Below the pieces are notes generated by a model, which was not told the origin of the DNA, did no database searches, and was given only the letters and a program-made list of their open reading frames with translations. A stretch of DNA of 63,150 nucleotides, counting the filler, from Octopus bimaculoides (lineage: Eukaryota), in assembly GCF_001194135.2 (NCBI RefSeq). It is 5 parts of 4 records of this genome, joined end to end, with 100 filler letters (N's around TTAATTAATTAA, not from the genome) between each part and the next. Parts side by side here need not be neighbours in the genome. Positions count along the whole stretch, not along the records: positions 29,494 to 55,969 come from NC_068984.1; positions 56,070 to 61,395 come from NC_068986.1; 3 more parts are not named here. One strand, given 5' to 3'. The translations under genes were made by a program, and so were the position numbers. This document shows positions 47,291 through 60,132 of the stretch, one piece after another (the stretch's first letter is position 1; each line of letters opens with the position of its first letter).

Positions 47291-49487
47291 AGCTCCTTTC
47301 TTCTTCTAATATAATATATAGCGTAAGCTATCGCTTGTGATTGTATTAGCAAGCAGTCGAAACTAGGTTAATTGATGTCCTACGATGTTGAGCAGTCGAA
47401 ACTGGGATAAGAGATGTCCTACGATTTTGCTTACTCTGGTGTCGTTTTTGTTTGTAAACACTTTTATCTCTCTATCCAGGGCTAGCTGACGGTACCAGAA
47501 ATTTTGGCAATTATCGGGACATCATGTGCTAGCAGACATCACATCATGTGTTTTAGAATCTTCCAAATACAAAGATAAAATGTGGAAATGGATATAAAAT
47601 TAAATAGAATATGAACATGTATAGCCTAGTTAAGCTATCTATACATAATAATAATCCGGAACAAGAGTCTGTCGCTGTATTGTTTATTTCGCTTCAGCTG
47701 GCTCCACGCTCTGAGGACGAGTACGATCGAACATTCAAATCCCAAGACACCTCTCCCCTTTAACCGGAAGTCCCTTCTCTACGGACTAGCTAGTGAGCTG
47801 GTCCGCAGTTAAGTTCCTGTCTGCAGTTCGTATGTTATCAACCCATGGGCAGTGCCCTACCAACATCTCTCGAGTGGAGATTAGCCTGTGTTAAAATGTT
47901 ACGTAGGTGAGCAAGTGATACTGTGGAGAAGAGAGATATACAAAGTGTTTACGAAAATTCTTTTAGATATAAAGTCGAGAAAAAAATGTCATTTTAGCAT
48001 CTATTTCTGTGTTCATATTCTTTGATTTATTCGGAGAAAATCTGTTAGTCTACAAGTAATTAACGGTACCATTCATACATTCTTTCACCAATACATCTTC
48101 CAATCAGAGTTTGTAGGTACCGTCTCTCTCACTTTTAGTTATATATAAATGACAAGATAATAAATCTTTGATGTTGATTTTAAACATTTCTATTTCGATT
48201 GTATGTTGTAATAAATACTTTATCCCATCATATACAGTGTCTCTTCCTTGTGTAAATCTTCTATGTTGCCGCCAAACTTTAACTTGCTCAGAGCGTCAGC
48301 CATAGGGTCGGCCCCGCTTTCACTCAAACTTAATCGACAGACTGGTCTCTCTTCTCCCTATCATATGTAATGCCTCACCGACCAGATCTAACTTTATGCA
48401 CTTTCTTCTCAAATAATTTTCCCCTGAATTTTTTAATCACTGGAATTTCTTTCCCAGGCTATGATCACCCAACAGTCACCGACCTGCAAATGTTTAAACT
48501 AAGCACAACCACTTCGATCTCATCACTCAAGGAAGGTCTGAAAATATCATAAGCATTGCACATCTTCTTTTGACTAACAAATGAATAAAAACGAAAATGA
48601 AGAGATTAGACATACTTAAAGATGATCGAAATTAAATAATATTGTATTTGAACTGTTGCAATTAATAGTTGAGGAAGAAATACTGTCAGGTTCAAGAATG
48701 TTATGCTGGGAAATAAGGCTTCGGAAAGAGTTTAGTGCTAGATCTAATAAAACTACGGAGTTATGAGAGAAGAATTTGAACGAAGAGAAGCAAAGCTAGT
48801 GTTAACTATCTATGTTATAGCCATTGTGCTGTTTTGTAACTGATAAAAATAGCAACAATTTAGTGTACTATATATAATCTCAGCGAGCTGCGTCTGCAAG
48901 CTGAGATCGTTAACTTTTCCTTTATCAGTTGAATCTATTTATTCACTTAATTATTCTGCTCATTTTCTTAAGAAAAGCATTAATGTAACGTAATCTCATC
49001 ACCACCTGCTCTACATTCTTATTTTTTATGATTATTCTTTATTAAAAAATTAATAAATGAATAATTATTCATTCTATGAACGAATACAACGAAATAATCA
49101 TTTATTAGACTTTTAGTGATAAAAAATATGTAACAACGAGTGATTGATCTGATCAATGATTTTAAGAAGGCAGGTAAATATTCAAGGTCGTTAACTAACA
49201 AATCTACTTTCGCTCATTAAACCGTGTTCGAAAGTTCGCCAGGTATGTAGCTTTTCGAAACTGACAGTTGGAATAAACCAGATAGCCAGTGAAACTTCGA
49301 ATACACTATCTGGTACTCTGACTTCGTATATAAAAAGCATTCTTTCGAACTATATTTTTGATATAAATAAACAGCCAAATGTGCGTATTCTACGTAAGTT
49401 AAAAAAACTTACACAGAATACGCGAATGTTTACACTCATACCGCCATAAAATCATAGTTCCTAAATTTAACAGGGAAAAATGGATGT

Positions 49488-49550
49488 GTATGTTGGTGTA
49501 ATCGGTCATCACGTTTATCGCGAAAATGTTAGGTGTTGGTTCGATCCCCA
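49488..49550 (+). pseudogene. tRNA-Val-like remnant or SINE head
   Basis: tggtgtaatcggtcatcacgtt...cgcgaaa...ggttcgatcc parallels eukaryotic tRNA-Val (tagtgtagtggttatcacgtt...cgcgaaaggt...ggttcgaaacc). Acceptor and T stems pair poorly. Confidence 0.4.
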
Positions 49551-50095
49551 TACATAATGACCATTTTCCCCTCTGTCGTGGGGTTATATTAGACTATTTT
49601 GTATAGTCAAAGTACGGCGAAAACTCATAGCTATATTTACAAAATTATCATCATAAGTTTAATGGCAGGCTAAATCGCAACAGAATTTCGATTCTTTGTT
49701 GAATCTGCTTTACTGTTTCCACGCTAATGTTAATATTGTTGAAAGCGTCATAATATCCGATTTAACTTACCTTTAAAATGTTAGAGTTTGCATCTCTAAA
49801 AGCAAAAATAATGGTAAATGTTGACGAATAGTCAAGTTACATTCGTTGCACCGAGTATTTTTTGTTGATTTTGGCCTATCGATATACCAGACAGAGAATG
49901 AATGAGTAGATATAACATTCCCATCAATTCCTTTCCATCGTCTTAATTTTGAGTGTTCATAGAAGCAAGAAATGAGCAATTATCACATTTCTATGAAACA
50001 CATAACAAATTAAAAATATCATATGACTTGATACATTTTCACATAATAACAACGAGATGACATTTCATTTGCTCATCAATGAGTTGGTGAATATA

Positions 50096-50318
50096 CGAGG
50101 GGATACCGAAAAGTTCCTGGCTTTAAGGGTACCGTGAAAGGCCCGGTTGGAAGCTTAACCTTCCGACTTCTTTTACAGAACTGAGAAAAACTGAAAGACC
50201 GCTGCAATAAGTGTGTGATTCTGAGAGGAGAATATGTTGAATAAAATCATAATTACCTGATCCTCCTGAATTTTCTTTTACCCAAAGCCAGCAACGTTTC
50301 GGCATCCCATCCTTCTCG
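50096..50318 (+). mobile_element. Mariner-derived MITE
   Basis: TA-flanked imperfect TIRs cgaggggataccgaaaagttcctggctt / aagccagcaacgtttcggcatccc...ctcg. Internal ...KCVILRGEYVE* resembles a mariner transposase C-terminus. Confidence 0.75.
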
Positions 50319-51420
50319 TATACGCACAACGTTGACATTAATAACTGTTAAATGATAATCTACATAAATCAAAGAAGGTCATTTTATTATCATGAGACCA
50401 CTGCAGGTCACACTATCACACTACATTTTCAATTAAAAGAAATGAATACTTGAATCTTTTTTCCTATTTTATTTATTTAGTTAGTTATCCATTTATTTAT
50501 TTATTTGTTTATATGGTTATAAATCGTGACAAGGAAGTAAGGTAGAAATTTTTTAATTGTTGTGATTCACAGAACATCGTTTTCTCTATCATTCTTGATG
50601 AAATTTTTATTACATGTTATAATATATATTCTTTTAATATATCCTTCACATACCAAATAATTAGTCTCAGCAGGTCGGATCCTGCCGCGGGCTGTATGTT
50701 GTACAAGCGGTTATTTCTACTCAATGGCGTAGATGCACATATTTAAAATTATGTATTTATTTTCAGAGCGCAGTGCCATATCCTGTTATGAAACTGTTGT
50801 ATTGTACGAAGTTGGTTACATAATAAACTCAGTGCTTATACTGTTAATGTAATGCGTCAATATGCTTCAGTTAATTAAAACTACGCACATAGTGAGGAGG
50901 GTGATCAACTAGGTTCAAATAAAGGCACAGGAGAAATTCTTAAAATCTAAATTAATTAAACTTAATTACAAATAGAATGCGAACATACAGGTGGAAGAGA
51001 AGCTGATCAGGAACCCAGTTCCAGCCAAGAGATTGCTACCACTACTGCACGTTGTTTGCATGACTTCCATATCGGCAACACATCTCTTTTAGATGTTTGT
51101 AAAGTGAAATAAGAAAAATATTCTAGAATCCAGATCGGTCAAACAAAAGATAATTGTTTCATGTGATTTGTTTCGCCATAGTTAGAGATCTGAAAGTTCA
51201 ACGTTAAATAAAATTAAATTTAATAAAACCTAACAAGAAAGAAAGTGATCAATAGATGGATACACAACATCGTTAGCTAATGAAAGTCGAACGATATTCT
51301 TTATTGATAAGTCAACAATCTTTCGTGAAATGTCAATGCAACCTTGTAGAAAATAAAGAACTGTGTCTTTGTCTCTGTCTGTCTGTCTCTTACTCTCTTT
51401 CTTACTCTCTCTCTCTCTCT

Positions 51421-51451
<31 letters not shown>

Positions 51452-51997
51452 NNNNNNNNNNACTCTCTCTCTCTCTCTCTCCCTCCCCCCTCTCTCTCAC
51501 ACACACACTTTTATTAAAATCAAATGAAATCATTAATTTAACTTACTGATAAATAGATGCACACAAATGCACATGCATGAATATACACATTCTTCAATTA
51601 TGTACATATGTATGGATAGACGGTTGCAGGCATGCATACATGTATGTAGTATGTACGTGGCTTTGTATGTATACGTGTGTGTTTGTATGTATGTACGTAT
51701 GTGTATGTATATATATATACGTACGTATGTGTTGTTTGTGTGTGTACGTGTGTGCATGTATGTATAAATACATTTATATATTTAATGAGATACATATATT
51801 TTTGATAATTTATCGTCTTCAAGTCTTATTATAGAGAACAATGTGACACTCAAAGCGCCTTTGAGGAGGCAACTCAACCTGTTAGAAATAGCAACTAAAT
51901 ATCCCTAAAATTCATCACACCATCTTAAACGTTTGAGTGTAAATGTATATGTGAGTTTGTATGCGTGTATGTATATATACGCGTGCATGTGCATATT

Positions 51998-52407
51998 TAC
52001 TCTTTTACTCTCTTACTTGTTTCAGTCATTTGACTGCGGCCATGCTGGAGCACCGCCTTTAGTCGAGAAAATCGTCCCCAGGACTTATTCTCTGTAAGCC
52101 TAGTACTTATTCTATCTGTCTCCTTTTGCCGAACCGCTAAGTTACTGGGACGTAAACATACCAGCATCGGTTGTCAATCGATGGTGGGTGGGACAAACAC
52201 AGACACACAAACACACATACATATATATATATACGTATATACGACGGGCTTCTTTCAGTTTCCGTCTACCAAATCCACTCACAAGGCTTTGGTAGGCCCG
52301 AGGCTATAGTAGAAGACACTTGCCCAAGGTGCCACGCAGTGGGACCGAACCCGGAACCATGTGGTTGATAAACAAGCTATTTACCACACAGCCACTCCTG
52401 CGCCTAT
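51998..52407 (-). mobile_element. SINE family 1, full length, little diverged
   Basis: Complete head (aggcgcaggagtggctgtgtgg...ggttcggtcc), central TA tract and tail ggtgctccagcatggccgcagtcaaatgactgaaac. Confidence 0.9.
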
Positions 52408-52612
52408 ACAATTTTATACACACACACACACACATGGGTGGGGGAAACCATCAATCGAACAAGTATGGTTTTGTTTAAATTTTGATTTATTTTGTTTTGT
52501 TTTGGTATATAATTTGTAAACTGAAACGATAATTAAACAGAGTAGAATGTGTAATGCATCTGACGAATACTGTGAAAACGTTCAGTCTCTGTGGTTAATA
52601 TCAGGCAAACTC

Positions 52613-52803
52613 TGGCGAGCTGGCAGAGTCGTTTTGCACGCCGGGCAAAATGCTTAGCAGCATCTTGTCTGTATCTGTGTTCTGAGTTCAAATCCCGCTG
52701 AGGCTGGCTTTGCCTTTCATTCTTTCGTGGTCGATAAAATAAGTAGCAGTTGACTTGGCGCCTCTCCCAAAACAGCTGACCTTGTACCCAAAATTTGAAA
52801 CCA
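52613..52803 (+). mobile_element. SINE family 2
   Basis: ggcgagctggcaga...gagttcaaatccc...gcctttcattctttcgtggtcgataaaataagta...aaaatttgaaac. Confidence 0.8.
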
Positions 52804-53129
52804 ATACCAAGCGAACTCTTCAACTATGTACGTACGTATGGATATGCAGTTTCAGGCATGCGTGCTTGTATGTATGTGTGCATGTATGTATATATCGATG
52901 GATGGATGCGCGTGGTTTAGTAGTTAAGGTGTTGCACTCATAATCCTAAGGTTATGTTTCCGATTCCTGTGTTCTTGAGCAAAAACACTTCATTTCACGT
53001 TGCGCCTGTCCACGGACCGTCTAGTAGGGGATATTTACGCCACAGAATCCTGGAAACCAGTCTTATGAGCCCACGGTCTAGGAATGACCTTTGACCCATT
53101 TTTATGTATGTATGTCTCATTTAAATTAT

Positions 53130-53830
53130 TCATCTGAAGAAGGAGCTGGTTTCTAACAAAGATACAGAGCTCCATCTTTGGAATGTAGCTAACAAAAACA
53201 AGGTCACATTTTAAAAAAGTCTTACATAGTTCTACTGTTCTGCTTACAGATTGCATTTGTATTGTGCGAGTTGGTTGGTTTCTTTTTCTGAAAATCCAAG
53301 CTTATCCGGATTGACAGTGAAGCATTTACTTACAAAACCAAATTATAAGTGATGTTAAACCAATTATAATTGATATAAATATAAATTTGTAATCCAGATA
53401 TAGAAGCTGGAGGTTTCGAAGCAGTTGATTTTCAAAGAAATATTCACATCAGTAGGACAACTAGCTTCTATGATGGTACATACTTTTTTTGTCTGTCTCA
53501 AGCAACAATATGCGACATATGTTTTGATGGGAATGTTCCGCCAGTATTCATTGTGCTGCTATTTGTGTACGCATTCAGTAACAGGGGGATTCTCTATATT
53601 TATTCCAGGACAGTCTTTTCTTTCCAAATGACATTACATATTGTTTTTGCAACAACTTCATGTCGCACAGAGTGGTAGTACCTTGACATTTTTGGGCAGC
53701 TGCTAAACACATCTGTGATGTCTTCCACAGAAATATGACTTAATCAACATTTACGGTTACATCTTGAAACTCCAAGGGTTTGACTGTCTCTTTTGTTGGT
53801 TAGTATTTTGTTCTTGCAGACGACCGTTCC
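53130..53830 (-). mobile_element. 3' remnant of an RLE-type (R4/Dong-like) non-LTR retrotransposon
   Basis: KC*LSHISVEDITDVFSSCPKMSRYYHSVRHEVVAKTI...IEASCPTDVNISLKI...GFSEKET...QSVSRTVELCKTFLK is a decayed CCHC plus restriction-like endonuclease end. A 3' UTR hairpin ggagct...agctcc follows. Confidence 0.7.
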
Positions 53831-54200
53831 ACTCTCTGTTCTAAGTGTTAGGATTGTGGCCCAGATCTATGTGAGCCACTCAATGACAGCAGTTAAGGTA
53901 GCAGACAATTGCCAAATGGAAACACTTCAGCCAATAGTTGTTGTTGACAAACAACGGCAGTAATTTTAGTCAGCTGAATACACGTCATTGATTGGTTGAA
54001 TTTACCAAAATACGACAACTTTAACACGAAAGAACTTTGAAAATATAAACTTTTCTCAACATCACTAAGAGTAAAAGATGTTTTATATGACACATTCTAT
54101 CAGTGTCCGAAGTTTGAAAGTGTTTAGTTACAAAAAATTAATTTCTCATTGTGCAGTTCAAAGGGAAAAGATCCCTTATAAGCCCTAAAATTCACTCCAT

Positions 54201-54480
54201 GGGCATATGGCGCAGTGGTTAAGAGCGCAGGCTACAAACCCCAAGATTTCGAGTTCGATTCCAGGCAGTGACCTGAATAATAATAATAATAATAATAATA
54301 ACAACAACAACATCGAAAAATACTTTAGGAATGAGAAACCAGATTCGAAATTTCCCCCAAGACACCTGATTAAGGCTGGAGGGTATATCAGCCGAAACGT
54401 TGTGTTAACAACAAACAAGATGAGGACAAATATCCGTCAAATGTAAATAATGTACATAATTCCTCATCTCTTAAATATAG
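54201..54480 (+). mobile_element. tRNA-headed SINE family 4 carrying a minimal hammerhead
   Basis: A box TGGCGCAGTGG (54208-54218), B box GAGTTCGATTCC (54251-54262), an (AAT)n linker, then a hammerhead at 54361-54406; runs into an N gap. Confidence 0.75.
54361..54406 (+). ncRNA. Minimal type I hammerhead ribozyme-like motif (core CUGAUUA in this copy)
   Basis: gACAC-CTGATTA-A-GGCTG(gagggtatat)CAGCC-GAAA-CG-TT-GTGTt. Perfect stems I and II, palindromic AACGTT, triplet GUU; G8 reads U. Confidence 0.7.
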
Positions 54481-56234
54481 NNNNNNNNNNNNNNNNNNNN
54501 NNNNNNNNNNNNNNNNNNNNNNNNNNNNNNNNNNNNNNNNNNNNNNNNNNNNNNNNNNNNNNNNNNNNNNNNNNNNNNNNNNNNNNNNNNNNNNNNNNNN
54601 NNNNNNNNNNNNNNNNNNNNNNNNNNNNNNNNNNNNNNNNNNNNNNNNNNNNNNNNNNNNNNNNNNNNNNNNNNNNNNNNNNNNNNNNNNNNNNNNNNNN
54701 NNNNNNNNNNNNNNNNNNNNNNNNNNNNNNNNNNNNNNNNNNNNNNNNNNNNNNNNNNNNNNNNNNNNNNNNNNNNNNNNNNNNNNNNNNNNNNNNNNNN
54801 NNNNNNNNNNNNNNNNNNNNNNNNNNNNNNNNNNNNNNNNNNNNNNNNNNNNNNNNNNNNNNNNNNNNNNNNNNNNNNNNNNNNNNNNNNNNNNNNNNNN
54901 NNNNNNNNGTTACGTGGTAGCAGGGCATGCTAGAAATAGCAGCCAAATCTTTCTTTTGCTGGAAAAAGAAGCCGTTTACTCGTGATTTCGATGTCACATT
55001 CGTTGAAAGTGTGCAAAATAACCTGGAAAAGAAAAAAAATCGCGAAACAAAACTCACTTAGTGAGAAACTTCGAGGTCTCCACCACCCTTCCCACCTTTC
55101 TTTTCTGGAAAACAAAAGTGGTTTGCGGCGGGTTTGTAGGTCAGATACGTTGAATGCACCAGAAAAAAAAACCCTGGAAAAAAATTATTCCACACCGAAG
55201 TACGAAATATTTATCGAAAGAATAAAATCTTGTACTGATTACACCTGTATTATAATTAATTCAAATTAATGTACCTCATCTTGAAAAGTGGCAAAATTTT
55301 TGTCGGTTGCCATGTGGGATAATATTAGTAACAAATCAAACAGGTAAGATGCATTAAGAAGTTCAACTTTAGTGTTTTACACCTGTTAATTAAATTTACC
55401 TCCCCATAAAAGTCAAATTTAGTCAGCAAGATCAGCTAAAATTACATAATAAACCAGTGGTATATATAAAGCACCTTCTGACAAAATTTCAAATCTGTAT
55501 GTAAAAAATTTACAAAGTTACAAGCAAATATTGTGGACACCTCTCATGAAATTGAATAATTCAAAACAACGGGAACAAACAAGCATACATTTGACAGATT
55601 AATATGAACACTAAAATGATTTTAGGTGTTTTTTTTCTTTTCTTATACACACACATAACATGGCCTCGCTCGGTTAGGATTACACGTGGGTTACTTTGAC
55701 ATCATCATTCCATAAAATTTGTTTATGGGGAGTAAAATATTGAAAAATATCAATAAATGTGTAAGTGAGACAGAAACGAGGAGGGATGTTTTGTGATATG
55801 CTAGAAACAATAGCCAGATCTCCCTTAACTCACACATTTTCCTCTGAAATTATTAACAATTTTTGCTTTTAAGACGAAAATGTTTCTCACACGGGTTTAA
55901 GTGCGTAGTGAAAAAACAAAAAAAGGTCAAAATCGTTTCGGACTGGGGTGGTGAGATGATGGCGGAGTGNNNNNNNNNNNNNNNNNNNNNNNNNNNNNNN
56001 NNNNNNNNNNNNNTTAATTAATTAANNNNNNNNNNNNNNNNNNNNNNNNNNNNNNNNNNNNNNNNNNNNTCCCCATTTTCACACTACATACGTCAAGATC
56101 ACCAGCATTCTACCTCCCACACACAGCCCCTCGTTCCCGATCACCGTTTGTTATCTCCCCCTTTCTTAGCTCTCCTGAAATAAGAATTTCTAACTTCCGG
56201 TCAGCCATTGTTATGATCGGCCATTATTATGATT

Positions 56235-56425
56235 GACCGTTGACTGAACACTATTCAATTTTTTTTCTCCGTGTTTTTCTCCTTGTCTCCGTATTCTTTC
56301 TGTTGAAGAGCGTAGCTCGAAACGTCAAAGACTTTCCGTATTCCCGAGCGTCATACTAATATATACTTTTGTTATTTACACCACCTGTCCTCGTCTGTTG
56401 TTATTATTTGTATATTCTCCCATAT
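56235..56425 (+). mobile_element. Penelope pseudo-LTR-like short repeat (same family as 116-290)
   Basis: Aligns with the reverse complement of 116-290; ends in (TA)n. Confidence 0.65.
56295..56331 (+). ncRNA. Minimal hammerhead-like motif, variant core CUGUUGA, GUC triplet
   Basis: TCTTT-CTGTTGA-A-GAGC(GTA)GCTC-GAAA-CG-TC-AAAGA. Confidence 0.6.
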
Positions 56426-56756
56426 ATATATATATGGGAGTTAAAAAAGTAGTATATATATGTATGTATATATGTGTGTGGTTGTGTGGTGTGTGTTTGT
56501 GCATAAACGTTTTGGTTGCAATCGTTGATTGTTGATGTAAAGACAAAGAGAAAAACTTTTTATAAACCTATTAGAAATGACATGTTATTCAGAATTGTAT
56601 TTTAGACATAAAAATATGTTTCTAATAAAGCATACAAGAATTATATAAGGTCACTTGTGATCAGAGTCAATCTACAGGTAAAATATGGGATACTAAGCTA
56701 AGTGGCCCCTTCGTAAGCGACGGTCTTTTGTTTATATTTGTATATGTTTAGCATTG

Positions 56757-56980
56757 ATTTCAATCTTTGGCATAAGACTAGCGGTTTTAGGGGACGGTTA
56801 AGTTAATTACATCGATCTTAGTGTTCAACTGGTATTTATTTTTTCGACCTCAAAAGGATGAAAAGCAAAGTCGACCTCGGCGAAATTTGAACTCAAAAGT
56901 AAAGACGGACCATTAAGCATTATAGCGAAATACCACTGAGCATTTCACATGACGTACTAATGATTCTGCCAGCTCGCCCT
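56757..56980 (-). mobile_element. SINE family 2
   Basis: aaaggatgaaaagcaaagtcgacctcggcgaaatttgaactc...gattctgccagctcgcc. Confidence 0.8.
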
Positions 56981-57015
56981 CTTGTGTATATGTAATATTA
57001 CTAGTGTGAGCAAGA

Positions 57016-57225
57016 CGGTGAGCTAACAGACTCAGCACCGAATCAGACAAAATATGTAGTGGCATTTCTTCCGGCTGCTTACGTTCTGGGTTCAAATACA
57101 GCCGAGGTCAACATTGGGCGTCATCTTTTTTCGGGATCGATAAAATAAGTACCAGTTGAACACAGGCGACGATGTAATCGCTTTGCCTCCCTCTTTTCAA
57201 ACTTGCTGACATTATGTCAAAAGTA
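57016..57225 (+). mobile_element. SINE family 2, diverged, head-to-head with the previous copy
   Basis: ggtgagctaacaga...gggttcaaatac.gccgaggtc...gatcgataaaataagtaccag. Confidence 0.75.
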
Positions 57226-57301
57226 AAAGAAAAAGATAATTACTTGTACGCGCGTGATTAAATTGCTAGCAGTGTGAAAATGTGTGTGTGTGTGTGTATG
57301 G

Positions 57302-57351
<50 letters not shown>

Positions 57352-57410
57352 ATGAGTTTGTGTGATACGTCTTTCGTACAAATACATTCATTTATTATAT
57401 ATAGACATAC

Positions 57411-57625
57411 AAGGCGGTGAGTTGGCAGAATCGTTAGCACGTCGGGAGAAATGCTGAATGGTATTTCGTCTATTATGTTCTGAGTTCAAATATCGCCCCG
57501 GTCGACTTTGTTTTTCATCTTTTCGGGGTCGATAAAATAAGTACTATTAAAGTATAGGAGTCGATGTAATCGACTCGTCCCTTCCCTGCTAATTTCAGAT
57601 CTTGTGCCTATAGCAGAAAGGATTA
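57411..57625 (+). mobile_element. SINE family 2
   Basis: ggcggtgagttggcagaatcgttagcacg...gagttcaaat...ggggtcgataaaataagtac. Confidence 0.8.
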
Positions 57626-58213
57626 TGTATAGAAATACATACAGACACTCTTTCTCTCAATGTTTTATGTATATATATATATTTGTGAGTGTTTGTGTGT
57701 GAACCCATATAGACAAACGCAGAGAGAATTTATGTCAATACATATACGCGTATTCGTTCGTACAACCTCTTTATGCATTTTAACTTCTTTTCTCATTCCC
57801 ATTCTCACTATCTTCTTTCCCTTTTTCTTTTTTTTACTCCGTGTATCTTAATATTTATCTGTATTCCTCTCATTCTCATTATATCTCCAAGTAGTTCTGC
57901 CATTCTCAAAATACCAATATACAAGGAGCTTAAGATATCAGGAATAACTGGCGTTCGTTATATGCTGAGATATAAAACGAATTTGTTTCTTACCCACGTA
58001 CTAAAACATCACCTAAACACATACACACACTCACTCTCTCTCTCTCTCTCTCTCTCACATACACACACGTACGTATTTAAATGCTATACGTAAGCGAAAT
58101 ACTAAAATATATGGACACACACACACACACATATATACACACACACGCGCACACAGATGTATATGTATGTGTGTGTGTGCAAGAGTATATTAATGTATAT
58201 ATATATATTTATG

Positions 58214-58245
<32 letters not shown>

Positions 58246-59766
58246 NNNNNNNNNNNNNNNNNNNNNNNNNNNNNNNNNNNNNNNNNNNNNNNNNNNNNNN
58301 NNNNNNNNNNNNNNNNNNNNNNNNNNNNNNNNNNNNNNNNNNNNNNNNNNNNNNNNNNNNNNNNNNNNNNNNNNNNNNNNNNNNNNNNNNNNNNNNNNNN
58401 NNNNNNNNNNNNNNNNNNNNNNNNNNNNNNNNNNNNNNNNNNNNNNNNNNNNNNNNNNNNNNNNNNNNNNNNNNNNNNNNNNNNNNNNNNNNNNNNNNNN
58501 NNNNNNNNNNNNNNNNNNNNNNNNNNNNNNNNNNNNNNNNNNNNNNNNNNNNNNNNNTATATATAAACGTATATTAATGTATATATATTTATGTATATAT
58601 ATATGTGTGTATGGTGTATGTGAGTGTATGTGTGTCTGTGAGTGTATGTGTAAATGTGTGTGTGTGAGTGTGTGTTTGTCTGTATGTGGATGGGTGAATG
58701 TAAACGCGAACACACACACACACACACACACGCACACACGCACATATGTACGCACACAACTATTCTCGCTTCAAAATAAGTAATTCTCTGGACATTTGGC
58801 TTAGAATAACTGCAGGTTACCAGCTTATCAATCTTTGGCATTCGTCCTGTTGGTAAGTTAGGAGGACGTTGTCCATCAATTATCAACTGGTTTTTGCATT
58901 AATGTCTGTCTCTTGTCAACGCGAAAGTCTTCACATCAAAGAACTAAAAGACATTGGTATTGACCGCATGCCAGACGCCAAGAAACGCTCGAGTAAGCAA
59001 ATATTGCACGCTCTGCTACGCCCAACTATTCCACGTCGCTAAATATAAAAGCCTTTTTGATGTAAAGCCAAACTGTTTTACGGCTTTTTCACTCACAAGT
59101 CATTGCTTGTTGTTTTAGTTTTTCTTTCTTGTCATCGATGTTTTCAGCATAGTTGTTGTTGCTGTTGTTATTATATTTGTTGTTGTAGTTGTTGCACAGC
59201 TATTGTTGTTGTCGTTGTTGTTGTTGTAACCCTTCTTTCCACGGTTCTTCTCTTATTGTTTATGTCGTTGGCGGTGTCATTTCTGCTGAGACAGCCAAAT
59301 CGAAATAAGAACATTAAATCAAAGATTACAGCTATTTATATAACTCTTTAGCGACATCCACTACCATGCCTGTCTCATTCATATACATAGGAACTTACGT
59401 AATTATACATGCATATATGCACACCTACATACTAAGAGACATATATGCACAAATCTATATGCATATATATGTATGTATGTATGCGTTGCATATATTATAT
59501 ATATAATTGTATAACCGTAATTGTGATTACGTGCGCGGTAGAACTTGAACGAAGTAAAACTTGGACAAAGTAAAATACCACCTATTACTTTACACAGAGC
59601 AGAGGTTATGTAGATCCGCACTTGGTTTTGCGAGAGCGTATATGCGAACAGCATTACTCAGAGTTTCAAGTCCATGTACTTGGACATTCCGCAGAAGGGA
59701 CTAGTTTCTAGAACGGATATCTTTTTCGGATAGGTGTTATAAGTATATTTTGATGTATTTTTTTTT

Positions 59767-60132
59767 ACTTCCGGTTTGTCTTGTGTACGACGTGTTGGTT
59801 TACGGACCTTTGTTTCATTGTGGAGTTTACGTTTGTTTAATTTGGCCTGAAATTGTTTTGTTGAGGCTGATTGAATGAACTTACTTTTGTGATGTTACTC
59901 AGAAATTAGTTCTCATCATGTATTTGAGGTGTCTGTTGCTTTGGGAGTATAAAATAATATTCGTCATAATAATGGCTGCAGGAATTTTTACGGTGAGTTG
60001 TATTTGTAGTTGAAATGCAATGCAGAGTGATTCAACTTGCATGAAGTCAGAACGTAAAGATTCAACTGGCATTAATTTTCCAAGGGGCATGACTTTATTC
60101 TGACAGTTGCAATTATTTCCTGTATCATGTAG
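59767..60132 (+). other. Candidate promoter and first two exons of an unidentified gene
   Basis: ETS-like ACTTCCGG (59767-59774); ataATGG context with MAAGIFT then GTGAGT at 59993; tttattctgacAG, a 26-nt exon 60107-60132, then GTGAGT. No recognisable homology. Confidence 0.3.

Noticed and set aside
50290-50310. GAAACGTT on the minus strand
   Set aside because: It is part of the mariner TIR, with no CUGANGA strand or stem II.
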